From positions 1-64,000 of the forward strand of contig JBBRSP010000015.1 in the NCBI GenBank assembly GCA_038245295.1: DNA of 64,000 nt, in the 5' to 3' direction. The DNA comes from Candidatus Binatia bacterium. Its GTDB lineage: Bacteria > Desulfobacterota > Binatia > HRBIN30. Position 1 is the stretch's first letter, and each line of letters opens with the position of its first letter. The translations under genes and the position numbers were made by a program. The notes under the pieces were generated by a model. It was given only the letters and a program-made list of their open reading frames with translations. It made no database searches and was not told where the DNA came from. This document shows, one piece after another, positions 48,966-59,880 of the stretch.

Positions 48966-51208
48966 CGGAACGCCAACGCGTCGTTCTCGACATCGATCTC
49001 GACCCGTCCTCCGTCACGCAGTCGACCAAATAGGATCTCATCCGCGAGGGCACGCTTGACCTCAGTCTGAATGATCCGCGCCATCGGTCGCGCGCCAAAT
49101 GCCGGATCATAACCGCGCTCGGCCAGATGACGCCGGGCCGCCGCGGTCAACTGAATCACAACCTTCTTCTCGGTAAGCTGCGCTTCCAGCTGGGCAACAA
49201 ACTTGTCGACCACGCGTTCGATGATCTCGATCGGCAATGCGCCGAACTGAATCACCGCGTCGAGCCGGTTACGGAACTCGGGCATGAATAGTTTTTCGAT
49301 CGCCTTGCCACCCTTGTCGGCGTTGTCGCGGCCACCGAAACCAATCGCATGCGCCGCCATCTCCTGAGCCCCGGCATTGGTTGTCATGATCATGATGATG
49401 TTACGAAAATCGGCTTTGCGACCGTTGTTGTCGGTGAGCGTCGCATGATCCATCACCTGCAAGAGAATGTTGAACAGGTTGGGGTGCGCCTTCTCGATTT
49501 CGTCGAGTAGCAGCACGGCATGCGGAGTCTTGCGAACCGCCTCGGTCAACAAGCCCCCTTGATCGAACCCGACGTATCCCGGCGGCGCGCCGATCAGGCG
49601 CGATACGGTGTGTGCCTCCATGTATTCGCTCATGTCGAAGCGGAGGAACTCGATTCCGAGCACTGAGGCGAGTTGCTTGGCGACTTCGGTCTTGCCGACA
49701 CCTGTCGGCCCGGCGAACAGGAAACAGCCGACCGGTTTCTCCGGTTGCCCGAGCCCGGCGCGCGCCTGCTTAATCGCTGCCGCAAGCGCCGCGATCGCAT
49801 CGTCCTGACCAAACACACTGAGCTTCAGATCGCGCTCCAGCGTCTGCAGCCGATCGCGGTCCGAAACCGAAACGCTACGCGGCGGGATCTTCGCCATCGT
49901 GGCGACGATATCTTCGATGTCCTTGGTACGAACGGTCTGGCGCTTTTGGCTGCCAGGCTGCGCCTGCAGCACCGCGCCGGCTTCGTCGATCACGTCGATC
50001 GCCTTGTCGGGCAGGTGCCGATCGTTGATGTAGCGCGCCGACAAGTCGACCGCGGCGCGCAATGCGCCGCGCGTGTAGGTGACACCGTGGTGCTCTTCGT
50101 ATTCCTTCTTCAAACCCTTCAGGATCTCGTGGGCCTGATCAATGCTCGGTTCAGGGACCTCTATCTTTTGGAAGCGACGCGCCAGGGCACGATCGCGCTC
50201 GAAGTAGTTCTTGTAGTCTTGATAGGTCGTCGCGCCGATGCAGCGCACCTCACCCGACTGCAGCGCCGGCTTCAGGATGTTGGACGCGTCGAGCGATCCA
50301 CCACTTGCCGATCCGGCGCCAACAACCGTGTGGATCTCGTCGATGAACAGAATCCCCTTTGGGTGTTTCGCCAAGGACCCCAGGACATTCTTCAAGCGTT
50401 GCTCGAAGTCGCCGCGAAAACGCGTGCCGGCCAGCAACGCACCCATGTCGAGTGAAAAGATCTTCGCATCCAGGAGAGCCGGTGGCACTTTGCCGGCATG
50501 AATCTGCAGCGCCAGCCCTTCGACGATCGCCGTCTTGCCGACACCGGGCTCACCAACGAACACCGGATTGTTCTTGCGGCGTCGGCACAACACACGTGCG
50601 GCACGCGCCAGCTCGACTTCGCGGCCAATGACCGGATCAATCTTGCCGTTCGCGGCGCGTGCCACGAGCTCGGTGGTGAACTGCTCGAGAGCATCCCGCC
50701 CAGGTTTGCCGCCCTGCCCTTCCTCGTCGTCGTCTTCATTGGTCGGCATTGCCGCGGCAATCGCATCGTCGCCGATCTTCGAAACACCGTGAGCGATGTA
50801 GCTGACGACATCGAGACGTGTGATGCCCTGCTGTTCGAGAAAGTAGGCGGCGTGACAGTCAGGCTCGCGGAAGATCGCGACCAGGACATTGCGCCCCAGG
50901 ATCTCGTCTTTGCCCGCCGACTGGACGTGCGCAGCGGCACGCTGCAGGACGCGCTGGAACCCTGTCGTTTGTTGCGGCATGACTTCCATGCCTTCGGGCA
51001 ACCGTTCCAGATGTTGGTCGAAGAATTCCTCGAGCCGCTTCTTCAGGGCGCCGACGTCGCCCCCGCAGTGACGGATGATTTCGGCCACGTCGGTGTCGTG
51101 CAACAAAGCGTAGAGAAGATGCTCGACGCAAACAAACTCGTGGCGGCGCCGTTTCGCTTCGCCTACCGCAAGGCTCAGGGCGATTTCCAACTCTCGACTG
51201 ATCCGCAT
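48875..51208 (-). CDS. clpA: ATP-dependent Clp protease ATP-binding subunit ClpA
   Basis: Two AAA modules ([16 protein letters not shown]), RRKNNP, ISRELE N-terminus; downstream of clpS. Confidence 0.96.
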   Translation of the reverse strand: MRISRELEIALSLAVGEAKRRRHEFVCVEHLLYALLHDTDVAEIIRHCGGDVGALKKRLEEFFDQHLERLPEGMEVMPQQTTGFQRVLQRAAAHVQSAGKDEILGRNVLVAIFREPDCHAAYFLEQQGITRLDVVSYIAHGVSKIGDDAIAAAMPTNEDDDEEGQGGKPGRDALEQFTTELVARAANGKIDPVIGREVELARAARVLCRRRKNNPVFVGEPGVGKTAIVEGLALQIHAGKVPPALLDAKIFSLDMGALLAGTRFRGDFEQRLKNVLGSLAKHPKGILFIDEIHTVVGAGSASGGSLDASNILKPALQSGEVRCIGATTYQDYKNYFERDRALARRFQKIEVPEPSIDQAHEILKGLKKEYEEHHGVTYTRGALRAAVDLSARYINDRHLPDKAIDVIDEAGAVLQAQPGSQKRQTVRTKDIEDIVATMAKIPPRSVSVSDRDRLQTLERDLKLSVFGQDDAIAALAAAIKQARAGLGQPEKPVGCFLFAGPTGVGKTEVAKQLASVLGIEFLRFDMSEYMEAHTVSRLIGAPPGYVGFDQGGLLTEAVRKTPHAVLLLDEIEKAHPNLFNILLQVMDHATLTDNNGRKADFRNIIMIMTTNAGAQEMAAHAIGFGGRDNADKGGKAIEKLFMPEFRNRLDAVIQFGALPIEIIERVVDKFVAQLEAQLTEKKVVIQLTAAARRHLAERGYDPAFGARPMARIIQTEVKRALADEILFGRLRDGGRVEIDVENDALAFRYSSASEGSARPVPSVPAASGSAPSASSAD

Positions 51209-51210
51209 GG

Positions 51211-51534
51211 CTAGGCCTCCTCGATGCTGCAGCGCAACGGGAACTCATTCTCTCGCGCTAGCGCTTCGACCTGTTGAACGCGGGTCTCCGCCACCTCGCG
51301 CGTGAACACTCCGGCGACGCCAGCGCCGTTGCGATGGACATGAAGCATGATCTGCACCGCATCCGTCTCCGCTCGATGGAAGACCGACATCAACACGAAC
51401 ACTACGAACTCCATCGTCGTGTAGTCGTCGTTGTGCAACAGTACTTTGTAGAGGCGCGGCTTTTGAAGTTTGCGCTCTGCCTTGGGTTTGGTAACGACGC
51501 TCGGTCCGTCGCTATCCGGAGGCCGTTCGCTCAT
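51211..51534 (-). CDS. clpS: Clp protease adaptor ClpS
   Basis: YKVLLHNDDYTTMEFVV, MLHVH, FPL. Confidence 0.96.
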   Translation of the reverse strand: MSERPPDSDGPSVVTKPKAERKLQKPRLYKVLLHNDDYTTMEFVVFVLMSVFHRAETDAVQIMLHVHRNGAGVAGVFTREVAETRVQQVEALARENEFPLRCSIEEA

Positions 51535-51632
51535 TGCCTAGGAAGATAGCAGCGTAACGGGCTCGAACAAGCGACGGACGAGAGTCGCCAACGGACCGGT
51601 GATTGGTTACAGTGCTGTCCTACGTGTCATCC

Positions 51633-52115
51633 ATGCGTTCGCCGGACGGGGTCCGAATCATTGCGGTCTTTGAGGCGCTCAAGGGCATAGTCGTGGTCGT
51701 GGTCGGCCTCGGCGTGCTGGCGCTAATCGATCCGACCATGCAGGACGTTGGCGAACAGGTCGTCCAGCACACGCATCTCAATCCGGCTCATCACTACCCA
51801 CGAATCCTCGTCGACGCCATCGACAAGGTCGATGATACACAACTGGCCCTGTTGGCTGGGCTGGCGCTTGCCTACTCGTTGTTGAGATTCGTCGAGGCTT
51901 ACGGCCTTTGGCACCGGCGGCGCTGGGCACAGTGGATCGCCGTGGCCAGCGGTGGCATCTACTTGCCCGCCGAGATCTACGAGCTCAGTACCGGCCTGAC
52001 GTTGGTCAAAGTCGGGGCATTCGCCGTCAACATCGGCATCGTCACCTACATGGTGCACATTTTGTCGGGCTCGCGGCGCGCCCCCCAACTCCCCGACCGA
52101 CCAAGTTCGCCCTAA
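51633..52115 (+). CDS. DUF2127-like membrane protein
   Basis: IAVFEALKG, HLNP, EAYGLW, GGIYLPAEIYE. Confidence 0.8.
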   Translation: MRSPDGVRIIAVFEALKGIVVVVVGLGVLALIDPTMQDVGEQVVQHTHLNPAHHYPRILVDAIDKVDDTQLALLAGLALAYSLLRFVEAYGLWHRRRWAQWIAVASGGIYLPAEIYELSTGLTLVKVGAFAVNIGIVTYMVHILSGSRRAPQLPDRPSSP

Positions 52116-52864
52116 CGCGGAAACGCGATGAGGCCGCCACCATCAAGAACGATGGTGTGACCGGTGATCCAGCCTGCATGCTCCGACGATAGGAAGAGCG
52201 CCGCGGCCGCCGTATCGGTCACTTCTCCCAGTCGTTTGAGAGGATACGCCTTGGCAGTCTGTTCGCCGCGTCCGCCCTCCCACAACATCTTGGCAAAGTC
52301 CGTCTTGATCAAACCCGGCGCCAGGGCGTTGACCCGCACACGCGGCGCCAGCTCGGCAGCCAGCTGTTTGGTCATGTGAATCAAGCCGGCCTTGGTCACA
52401 TCGTAAAGACCCAGGGCTTGGTTCGTCTGTAATCCACCCACCGAAGCGATGTTGAGCACGCTGCCGCCGTGCTCTTTCATCCAGGCGCGCCACGCGGACT
52501 GGGTCCACATCAACGGCGCACGCAGGTTGACCTGCACCGTCTTGTCGAAACGCGCTGCATCGGCGTCGATCAACGGGCCGGCGTAGGGATTGGTGGCAGC
52601 ATTGTTGACCAGGATGTCGAGGCGACCGAACTCTTGGAGTGCAAACTGCACTGCGGCTTCGCCGTGAGCGACGTCACAGACGTTGCCGGCACAGACGCGC
52701 ACGGCGGAGCCGATCTCGGCGGCGGTCCTTTCCAACTCGTCCACTTTCCGTCCTGTGATGACGACGCGTGCGCCGCTCTCGACGAAGGCCCGGGCGATTC
52801 CCTTGCCGATGCCGCGCGATCCACCGGTGATCAGCGCTACCTTACCGTCGAGTCGAAAATCCAT
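52112..52864 (-). CDS. Short-chain dehydrogenase/reductase
   Basis: TGGSRGIG, NNAATNP, YDVTK, VNALAPG. Confidence 0.92.
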   Translation of the reverse strand: MDFRLDGKVALITGGSRGIGKGIARAFVESGARVVITGRKVDELERTAAEIGSAVRVCAGNVCDVAHGEAAVQFALQEFGRLDILVNNAATNPYAGPLIDADAARFDKTVQVNLRAPLMWTQSAWRAWMKEHGGSVLNIASVGGLQTNQALGLYDVTKAGLIHMTKQLAAELAPRVRVNALAPGLIKTDFAKMLWEGGRGEQTAKAYPLKRLGEVTDTAAAALFLSSEHAGWITGHTIVLDGGGLIAFPR

Positions 52865-52868
52865 CGTC

Positions 52869-54560
52869 TCACTCCCCGCGTTGCTCGATCTTGGCCCACG
52901 TATCTTTCAGGGTAACGGTGCGGTTGAACACCAGCTTACCAGCCGCCGCCGCCTTCGAATCGACGCAGAAATAACCGAGACGCTCGAACTGAAAGCGACT
53001 TTCGGCCGTGGCATCCTTGAGGCTTGGCTCGAGCATGGCCCCTTCGATCACCTCGAGAGACTTCGGATTGAGGTTCTCGCGGTAATCCTTCCCATCTTTC
53101 CCGCCGCCAGGATTCTCGACATTAAACAGACGATCGTAGAGCCGCACCTCGGCGCGGAGGGCGTGCGCCGCCGACACCCAATGGATCGTGCTCTTGACCT
53201 TGCGCCCATCCGGCACGTTGCCGCCACGTGTCGCCGGATCATAAGTGCAGCGCAGCTCGGTGATCTCGCCGCGGTCATTCTTGACGACACCGGTGCACGT
53301 AATGAGATAGCCGTACCGGAGACGCACCTCTCGCCCCGGGCTCAAGCGGAAGTACTTCTTCGGAGGGTCTTCGCGGAAATCGTCCTGCTCGATGTAGAGG
53401 ATCTTGGAAAACGGCACCGTACGCGAACCGGCGGCTGGATCCTCCGGATTATTGACCGCATCCATGTGCTCGACCTGCTCGTCGGGATAGTTCTCGATGA
53501 CGACCCTGAGAGGCTGCAAGACCGCCATCACCCGCGGTGCGCGGCGGTTGAGATCTTCGCGAATGCAGTACTCGAACATCCCGAGATCGACGACGCTGGC
53601 GCGTTTCGCCATGCCGACACGCAACGCCAGATCGCGAATCGCCTCGGGCGTAACGCCGCGACGACGCAGACCAACCAGCGTCGGCATACGCGGGTCATCC
53701 CACCCGTCGACGTGTTTCTCTGTGACCAATTGCAAAAGCTTGCGTTTGCTCATCATCGTGTAGCTGAGGTTGAGGCGAGCAAACTCGATCTGCTGCGGGT
53801 GACAAGGCGTTTCGAGGACGTCGAGGATCCAGTCGTAAAGCGGCCGGTGATCTTCGAACTCCAACGTACAAAGAGAGTGCGTGATGCCTTCGATCATATC
53901 GGACAACGCATGCGCGAAGTCGTACATCGGATAGATGCACCAATGATTGCCGGTGCGATGGTGCTCGGCTTTCTTGACGCGATAGATGACCGGGTCGCGC
54001 ATGTTCAGGTTGGGCGAGGCCATGTCGATGTTGGCGCGTAGGGTGCGCCCACCTTCGGCAAACTCGCCGGCTCGCATGCGAGCGAAGAGGTCGAGGTTCT
54101 CCTCGACACTACGCTCACGGAATGGACTATTCCTGCCAGGCTCGGTCAGGGTCCCGCGATACTCGCGTGTTTCGTCCGGCGAGAGATCACAAACGTAGGC
54201 CTTGCCGCGACGGATGAGTTCGACGGCGTAATCATGCAACCGCTCGAAGTAGTCGGAGGCGTAGAATAACTTGTCGCCCCAGTCGAAGCCGAGCCAGCGG
54301 ATGCTGTCCATGATGCCGTCGACATACTCCACCTCCTCCTTCTCGGGGTTGGTATCGTCGAAGCGCAGGTGGCAGACGCCCTGGAACTCCTGGGCGACGC
54401 CGAAATTGAGACAAATCGATTTAGCGTGACCGATGTGCAGGTAGCCATTCGGCTCGGGAGGGAAACGCGTTACGACGCGACCATCGTTCTTCCCGGCGGC
54501 ACGGTCGGCTTTGATGATGTCGCGAATGAAGTCGCTCGGGGTAGGTGTGGTCTCGCTCAT
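52869..54560 (-). CDS. glnS: Glutamine--tRNA ligase
   Basis: [32 protein letters not shown] before ATG 54560. Confidence 0.96.
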   Translation of the reverse strand: MSETTPTPSDFIRDIIKADRAAGKNDGRVVTRFPPEPNGYLHIGHAKSICLNFGVAQEFQGVCHLRFDDTNPEKEEVEYVDGIMDSIRWLGFDWGDKLFYASDYFERLHDYAVELIRRGKAYVCDLSPDETREYRGTLTEPGRNSPFRERSVEENLDLFARMRAGEFAEGGRTLRANIDMASPNLNMRDPVIYRVKKAEHHRTGNHWCIYPMYDFAHALSDMIEGITHSLCTLEFEDHRPLYDWILDVLETPCHPQQIEFARLNLSYTMMSKRKLLQLVTEKHVDGWDDPRMPTLVGLRRRGVTPEAIRDLALRVGMAKRASVVDLGMFEYCIREDLNRRAPRVMAVLQPLRVVIENYPDEQVEHMDAVNNPEDPAAGSRTVPFSKILYIEQDDFREDPPKKYFRLSPGREVRLRYGYLITCTGVVKNDRGEITELRCTYDPATRGGNVPDGRKVKSTIHWVSAAHALRAEVRLYDRLFNVENPGGGKDGKDYRENLNPKSLEVIEGAMLEPSLKDATAESRFQFERLGYFCVDSKAAAAGKLVFNRTVTLKDTWAKIEQRGE

Positions 54561-54715
54561 GAACAGTTTCCTCCGCGTGTGAATCCCAGCTCCAACCGAG
54601 CGTAAGTAGGGTGCGGCCGCGCGGAGGTCAATCGCCTGTCGAATCCGCCAGGTGTTCCATTCGAAGCGGAATCCAGACCGGGGGGCTGGCTCCAAACGCC
54701 TTCTTGAGTTTTCTT

Positions 54716-54798
54716 GCCTGAGCCCTGGCCTCTGCCCAAGCCTTCAGCCTGAGCCGGACGAGGCATAGGCAAGGCATAGGCTCAGGCTCAGGCTGAGG
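54716..54798. repeat. Degenerate hexamer inverted repeat (GCCTGA)n...(GGCTCA)n
   Basis: Arms ~54716-54755 and ~54762-54798 between divergent genes. Confidence 0.55.
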
Positions 54799-54839
54799 AC
54801 CAGCTGGATTTGCGTCGACGAGTCTGCCATCGGGGACCG

Positions 54840-55619
54840 ATGAGCCATATCCGCAGCGACGATCATGAAGAGGGTGTACGCGTCCTGACATTCACCAGCC
54901 CGCCGGCCAATGCAATCAACGAAGGTTTGCTGGCCGCCCTCGAAGCCGAGCTCGATCGCGCCGAAGCGGACCGCAGCGTGCGCGCCGTCGTGCTGGCGGG
55001 CTCGGGTGGTTTTTACTGCGCCGGTTTTGACTTTGCGGCGCCGCAACGCGGTGGCGCCGAAGCGGCCAATCTGGCGCGGCTCTATCACCGCGCCCATCTG
55101 AAGTTACTGACCTTGCCGAAGCCAACGATTGCGATGATGAACGGCCACGCCATCGCCGGTGGGCTCGTGCTTGTCCTTGCCTGCGACTATCGCCTCGGGC
55201 TCGAAGGTGACTACAAGGTCGGCTTCACCGAAGTCATGGTCGGCGCCTCATTCCCCAAAGTCGCCATGGAGATCGTGCAGTTGCGCCTGCCACACGCGCG
55301 CGCCTGCGAGCTCATTCTCGGCGCCGCAACCTATCCGGCCAGTCAAGCGCTGCGTCTCGGTATCGTCGACGAGCTGATTGCGCCCGAAAAGTTCGACGCA
55401 ACCGTGTTGCGGCGTGCCGCACGGTTGGCCGGTATGCCGCGCGATGCGTTCGTGCATGCGAAGGCGGCACTGTTGGCGCCGGCCGTAACGCGCATCGGGG
55501 CCGAAACCCCGGATGAAGTACGCCAAGGCCTGGCGGTGTGGACGAGCCCGGAAAGTCGCCAGGCACGCCGGCGCCTGCGCGAGAAGCTCGGCATCCCCCA
55601 CAGCGAAGCCGGCGACTAG
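54840..55619 (+). CDS. Enoyl-CoA hydratase/isomerase family protein
   Basis: PPANAI, YCAGFD, PKPTIAMMNGHAIAGG, ACDYR, GFTE. Confidence 0.9.
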   Translation: MSHIRSDDHEEGVRVLTFTSPPANAINEGLLAALEAELDRAEADRSVRAVVLAGSGGFYCAGFDFAAPQRGGAEAANLARLYHRAHLKLLTLPKPTIAMMNGHAIAGGLVLVLACDYRLGLEGDYKVGFTEVMVGASFPKVAMEIVQLRLPHARACELILGAATYPASQALRLGIVDELIAPEKFDATVLRRAARLAGMPRDAFVHAKAALLAPAVTRIGAETPDEVRQGLAVWTSPESRQARRRLREKLGIPHSEAGD

Positions 55620-55655
55620 CTGAAGCCGACCTACCGGTCCGGCAATGTTGCGAGA

Positions 55656-56567
55656 TCAGCGCAGCTTCGGCTTTGACAACGTACCAGTGATGGTGAGCGG
55701 GGTATCCGGCTTGGCGCCGGCGGGGCGCGGGATCAACATGAGAGCGCCCTTGAGAGCGTCCGGCGTTTCCGGTGTTGCCGTGATGGTCGCGCGCAAGCTG
55801 AGAACGCTTTCGCCGACCGGGTCCTTCAGGACAATTTGTCCCGAACCCTGAATGTTGAGATCGCCGTTGGCTACCGTGTCCTGCAATTCCAAACGGCCCG
55901 TGCCGATCTTGAACTTCGTGCGCGTCTCTTTGAGCTTCACGTCGGGCACGGCGAAGCCCTGAATCTTGGCGTGGCTGAGACCACCCCCGTCGATCCGGAT
56001 GTCACCCGAGCCACCGCCCTGGGCAAACCCCGCGCCCTTGGCCTCGAACGTCAGTTGTCCGGACACCTTGCCGTTGATTTGCCCCTCTTCGAGATTCGCG
56101 GCCAGAGTCCTGTACTTCCCGAGCGCCAGATCGCTCCAGCTGAAGTTGCCGGACACGGCACCCTGGGAGACGATGACCTGGCCATCCAGCTGACCGCCAT
56201 AGAGGTCGCCGGAAATCGACAGAGCGGAGAAGTTGCCGCGGATCCATTGGCTGAAGGCCGGGCGCACCGACAAACGGCTGATCTCGAGGACTGGAACCGG
56301 AGGATCGCTACCGGTTGGCACCAGCTTGATCCCGGCGATCTCGTAGCCGCGCAAACCCAGGCCGGCGCTGGAAAATTCCATGGTCACCGGACCACCGCTG
56401 AGGACGTGCGTCGCTTGTCGGATGATCAGTTCGTGCGGGAAGGTGATGACCAGAAAGGCGACGAACAGCGTCGCCGTGTACGCGACGTACAGCCACAGCG
56501 TGCGATTGGCGAAGGCGCCCAGCCAACCGAAGGACAGACGCGGTATTGCCAGACGAGGCATCTGCAT
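55656..56567 (-). CDS. gspN: Type II secretion protein N-like
   Basis: Last gene of gsp run; TM ending TFP, beta-rich, C-terminal ITGTLSKP. Confidence 0.75.
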   Translation of the reverse strand: MQMPRLAIPRLSFGWLGAFANRTLWLYVAYTATLFVAFLVITFPHELIIRQATHVLSGGPVTMEFSSAGLGLRGYEIAGIKLVPTGSDPPVPVLEISRLSVRPAFSQWIRGNFSALSISGDLYGGQLDGQVIVSQGAVSGNFSWSDLALGKYRTLAANLEEGQINGKVSGQLTFEAKGAGFAQGGGSGDIRIDGGGLSHAKIQGFAVPDVKLKETRTKFKIGTGRLELQDTVANGDLNIQGSGQIVLKDPVGESVLSLRATITATPETPDALKGALMLIPRPAGAKPDTPLTITGTLSKPKLR

Positions 56568-57160
56568 CAGGCTCCCCCGCCCTGTTTGGCATCGATCGGC
56601 TTGTCAGTCGACTTCAGCACGGCGACACTGGCGTTGACGTCGAAGCTGTGAGGCTCATTGAAGCGTTTCTTGATGACGATGCGGCTGAAGTGGAGCGGGT
56701 GCTCGCCCTTCTCCACCTTGAACATCAGATCGGCGATCTGCGGCAGGGTTATGGCGGTGAGCTTAATATCGACCAGCTCTTCTTGAAATTCCGGCGCCTC
56801 GGGCCGCGGCTTGGTCGTCGGGTTCATCGAAGCGATCTTGTCCTTGGTAACAACCTGACCAATGACGGCTTGCAGATACTTGAGGATGTTGAAGTTCGGA
56901 TCGACGTCGGCAATCGTCTGCATGGCCTCGAGCTCGCGCAACAACTCGAGATAGTTGTCGTGCAAGCGCTGCACCTCGGTGAGGTCTTTCTCGCGTTGGG
57001 CAATCTTTTTCGTGAGCTGCTCGCCGCTCACAACCAGCGGATCCCAGACGAAACTGTAGCCGCCGATCAGGATGACACTGAGCAGGGCCAGGCCGAGCAG
57101 AAGACGCTCGCGCGGCGCCAGTCGATCGTAGTAACCGAGGAGGGGCGCAAGAAAGTTCAT
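56567..57160 (-). CDS. gspM: Type II secretion protein M
   Basis: LAPRERLLL, single TM, coiled coil; position. Confidence 0.82.
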   Translation of the reverse strand: MNFLAPLLGYYDRLAPRERLLLGLALLSVILIGGYSFVWDPLVVSGEQLTKKIAQREKDLTEVQRLHDNYLELLRELEAMQTIADVDPNFNILKYLQAVIGQVVTKDKIASMNPTTKPRPEAPEFQEELVDIKLTAITLPQIADLMFKVEKGEHPLHFSRIVIKKRFNEPHSFDVNASVAVLKSTDKPIDAKQGGGA

Positions 57161-58677
57161 TAGCGTGCCTGCTGCACCTTCTGGCCGCTGTTGCTCTTCA
57201 GCGTCACGATGATGCGGAAATCGACCTTGCCGTCTTGCGCCGACTTGATGTCGCGCACCTGAACCTCATCGAAGTATTTCGCCGCCAGGATGGCCTCGCG
57301 GATCGCGTTTGGCGTTTCCAACGTGTCGGTGCGCGCCTTCATCTTGATGTCTTCGGTGTCCATCACGTACTCGTCGACCTCGAGCCGTAGGCTATCGGGT
57401 ATCGCCGTGCTCAAGGTGCGTAGGGCATCGATGGCCGTCGTGCCGCTCGGCGGCGCGACGCTGCGCAGCAGCTTCAGTCGTTTTTCGGCGGAGGTAATTT
57501 CATCCTGCATCTGGCGGCGTTCGTCATTGACGCGTTTGATGTCGGGCAACGTCGCGGTAAACACCTTTCGGATTTCGCGGTTCACCAGCTCCAGACGGTT
57601 GGACACCAACTGGTAACGCATGAAAGCGCTGGTAATGAACAGCGTCAGTGCCAGAACTCCAAGGCCGCCGGTGAACCACAGCTTTCGTCGCACTTCCTCG
57701 GCGCCGCGATGATACGCAAACTCGCCTTGGCGGAAGTTGAGCCCAAGAGTGTCCGGATTATTCACTTCACGCAGCGCCAGCCCCAGGGGCCCGACAAACG
57801 GCGCCATCTCGGCCCGTAGCTCGGCCGAGATCGTCTTCATCGGCGCCTGCTCGAGGCGACGCACCACCAACCCGAGCCCGTCGTGCAGTTGTTGCCCGAG
57901 GGCAGCGAAATGTGGCCCGTCGCCGGCGATGATGCACGGCATGTCGTCATCCAGGGGCGCTCCGTTGAGCGCCATCAGCGTCCAACGAATGTCGCGTACG
58001 AGATCGACGATCTGATCGGCGTGTACGGTGTCGCTGCCGTTGTGTGCGACCGCCGCTTCCGGATCCGAACCATTCTTATGCGCCAGGGGCACAATGGTGC
58101 GCACACCGACAAGTTGTCGATTGCGGTACAGGGCGACCTCGGTGTGGCCTGGTGTGCCGCCCAGATAAACAAACGTCTCCGGGCAATCGGGCCCCAGGAG
58201 CTGTAGGACATTGAGCGCCGCAACCGGGGCAAGATCGATAACCTTGGGGTCGAGCCCCGCCTCGGTCATCGTCGCCAGCAACTTCTCCAGATGCCCGCGT
58301 TGCACCATCGCGGCAAGCACCGAGCTGCCGGACTTATCGCGATGTAAGACGTGGTAGCTGACAATGCCTTCGTCGAGGCCGAACGGCACCTGGGTCTCGA
58401 GCTCGAATGGGACGGTTTGATCGAGGCGTTTACGATCTCGGAACGGCAGGAAGAAGGTACGCAGGGTGACCTGATCACCCGGCAGGGCGGTCAACACAAC
58501 CGACGATCCAAGCTGGTTCTTGTCAATGAACGTGCGCAATTGGTCGCCCAGAGCGATGGCATGGTCACGCGGCTCGCGGAAAAAGCCCAAGAGCTTGTAA
58601 TCGCGGTAAGAAGTCTCGAGCAGCGCCGCCTTTAGCTCAGCCGGCTCGATCTCAAGCGCAAGGACTCGTTGAGGCAT
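57160..58677 (-). CDS. gspL: Type II secretion protein L
   Basis: Actin-like cytoplasmic domain (LPF...PFELE..VPF), LNFRQGEF, TM, periplasmic domain. Confidence 0.85.
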   Translation of the reverse strand: MPQRVLALEIEPAELKAALLETSYRDYKLLGFFREPRDHAIALGDQLRTFIDKNQLGSSVVLTALPGDQVTLRTFFLPFRDRKRLDQTVPFELETQVPFGLDEGIVSYHVLHRDKSGSSVLAAMVQRGHLEKLLATMTEAGLDPKVIDLAPVAALNVLQLLGPDCPETFVYLGGTPGHTEVALYRNRQLVGVRTIVPLAHKNGSDPEAAVAHNGSDTVHADQIVDLVRDIRWTLMALNGAPLDDDMPCIIAGDGPHFAALGQQLHDGLGLVVRRLEQAPMKTISAELRAEMAPFVGPLGLALREVNNPDTLGLNFRQGEFAYHRGAEEVRRKLWFTGGLGVLALTLFITSAFMRYQLVSNRLELVNREIRKVFTATLPDIKRVNDERRQMQDEITSAEKRLKLLRSVAPPSGTTAIDALRTLSTAIPDSLRLEVDEYVMDTEDIKMKARTDTLETPNAIREAILAAKYFDEVQVRDIKSAQDGKVDFRIIVTLKSNSGQKVQQAR

Positions 58678-58698
58678 ACGGTTCGCGTAACTCCGCTT

Positions 58699-59880
58699 CT
58701 ACTCTAACTCTTCGGAGCTGCCGTCAGTAGCAGCTTCAACCTCAGGGCGAAACAGGGCCGCGCCACCTTCCTTGAGCCAGTTGATACGACTGATACGCCA
58801 TTGCGGTGGGCTACCGGCAGGTCGGGCAACGGGTGCCGGGAAGCGCCCGACGAGCATCTCGGCAGAACGCGCCACGCCGCCGCGACCGGTCACCGGATCA
58901 ACATTCACAATCGCGCTGGCGCGGATGCGGTAGTACTTGCTGACTAATGCCAGCCCTCCGGCCGGAGGCTTCTTGGTTCCTGCCGCGCTGGAGCCTGAGC
59001 CACCGGCGGTGGGCAAGGTCTTCTGCGGCGCCGCCTCGCGCGCGGAGATGTAGCTGTCGATATCCGCATCACCGTCAAACCAGGCGGAGAGAAGTTCCGG
59101 CGGTGCGGTATTGGCGTTGACACTGCGCTGGAAGATCGCGCCGGTTGTTGGCAGCGCCGTCAAGACACGGCGCAAGCGCCGCAGCTCGGCGGTTGTAATC
59201 CCACCCGGCAATCGGGTCAGATCGTCCAGAGACAAGAAATTGTAGGCGTCGATCTTCTGAATTTGGGTTCCCGGTGAAACCGAGGGCGAGGGTCCCGGCG
59301 ACGGCACTCCAGCCGTCGCCCCGTCCGGCCAGACGATAGTGCATTTGGCGATCCAGTAGTCGCGGATCGCTTCAATGCGGTCCTCGCTAATGCCGCGCGA
59401 CTGCATGAGGTTGCCCAGCACATCCGTCCATTGTTCATTCAACTGACCGGGCTTGGCCGGATCGCGTTTCGTTTTCATGGCAGCGCATTGCAGGGCGTTT
59501 TGCGGCCGCGTCATGTTGATATTGAGCTTGCCGCCCTCGTCGAAGATTTCGACGCGCAGACGCATGTTCGGTGGCAAGACGATCTGACTGTTCGTCTCAT
59601 CGAGACGGCACGACTCGCCGCGACGCGCAACTTGCGGACACCATTCTTCGGCGAATGAATCGACCGTCGGATCAATATCCTTCAACAGAAACGCCTCGCC
59701 CAGAGCGATGCCGGAGCGGGCCATCAACGAAGCCTGTAACCCGTGCAGGGAGTTGCGCGTCATGCGCGTATCCACCTCGGCGGTGAAGAAGAACTCCATG
59801 ACGGTGACGGTCAGCAGAGCGGTGATGAGAAGCGCTATGATCAGCTCCACACCGCGTTCATTTTTCATCGGCGTGCTCAT
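58699..59880 (-). CDS. gspK: Type II secretion minor pseudopilin K
   Basis: ERGVELIIALL, DEGGKLNIN, VNANTAPPELL. Confidence 0.85.
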   Translation of the reverse strand: MSTPMKNERGVELIIALLITALLTVTVMEFFFTAEVDTRMTRNSLHGLQASLMARSGIALGEAFLLKDIDPTVDSFAEEWCPQVARRGESCRLDETNSQIVLPPNMRLRVEIFDEGGKLNINMTRPQNALQCAAMKTKRDPAKPGQLNEQWTDVLGNLMQSRGISEDRIEAIRDYWIAKCTIVWPDGATAGVPSPGPSPSVSPGTQIQKIDAYNFLSLDDLTRLPGGITTAELRRLRRVLTALPTTGAIFQRSVNANTAPPELLSAWFDGDADIDSYISAREAAPQKTLPTAGGSGSSAAGTKKPPAGGLALVSKYYRIRASAIVNVDPVTGRGGVARSAEMLVGRFPAPVARPAGSPPQWRISRINWLKEGGAALFRPEVEAATDGSSEELE

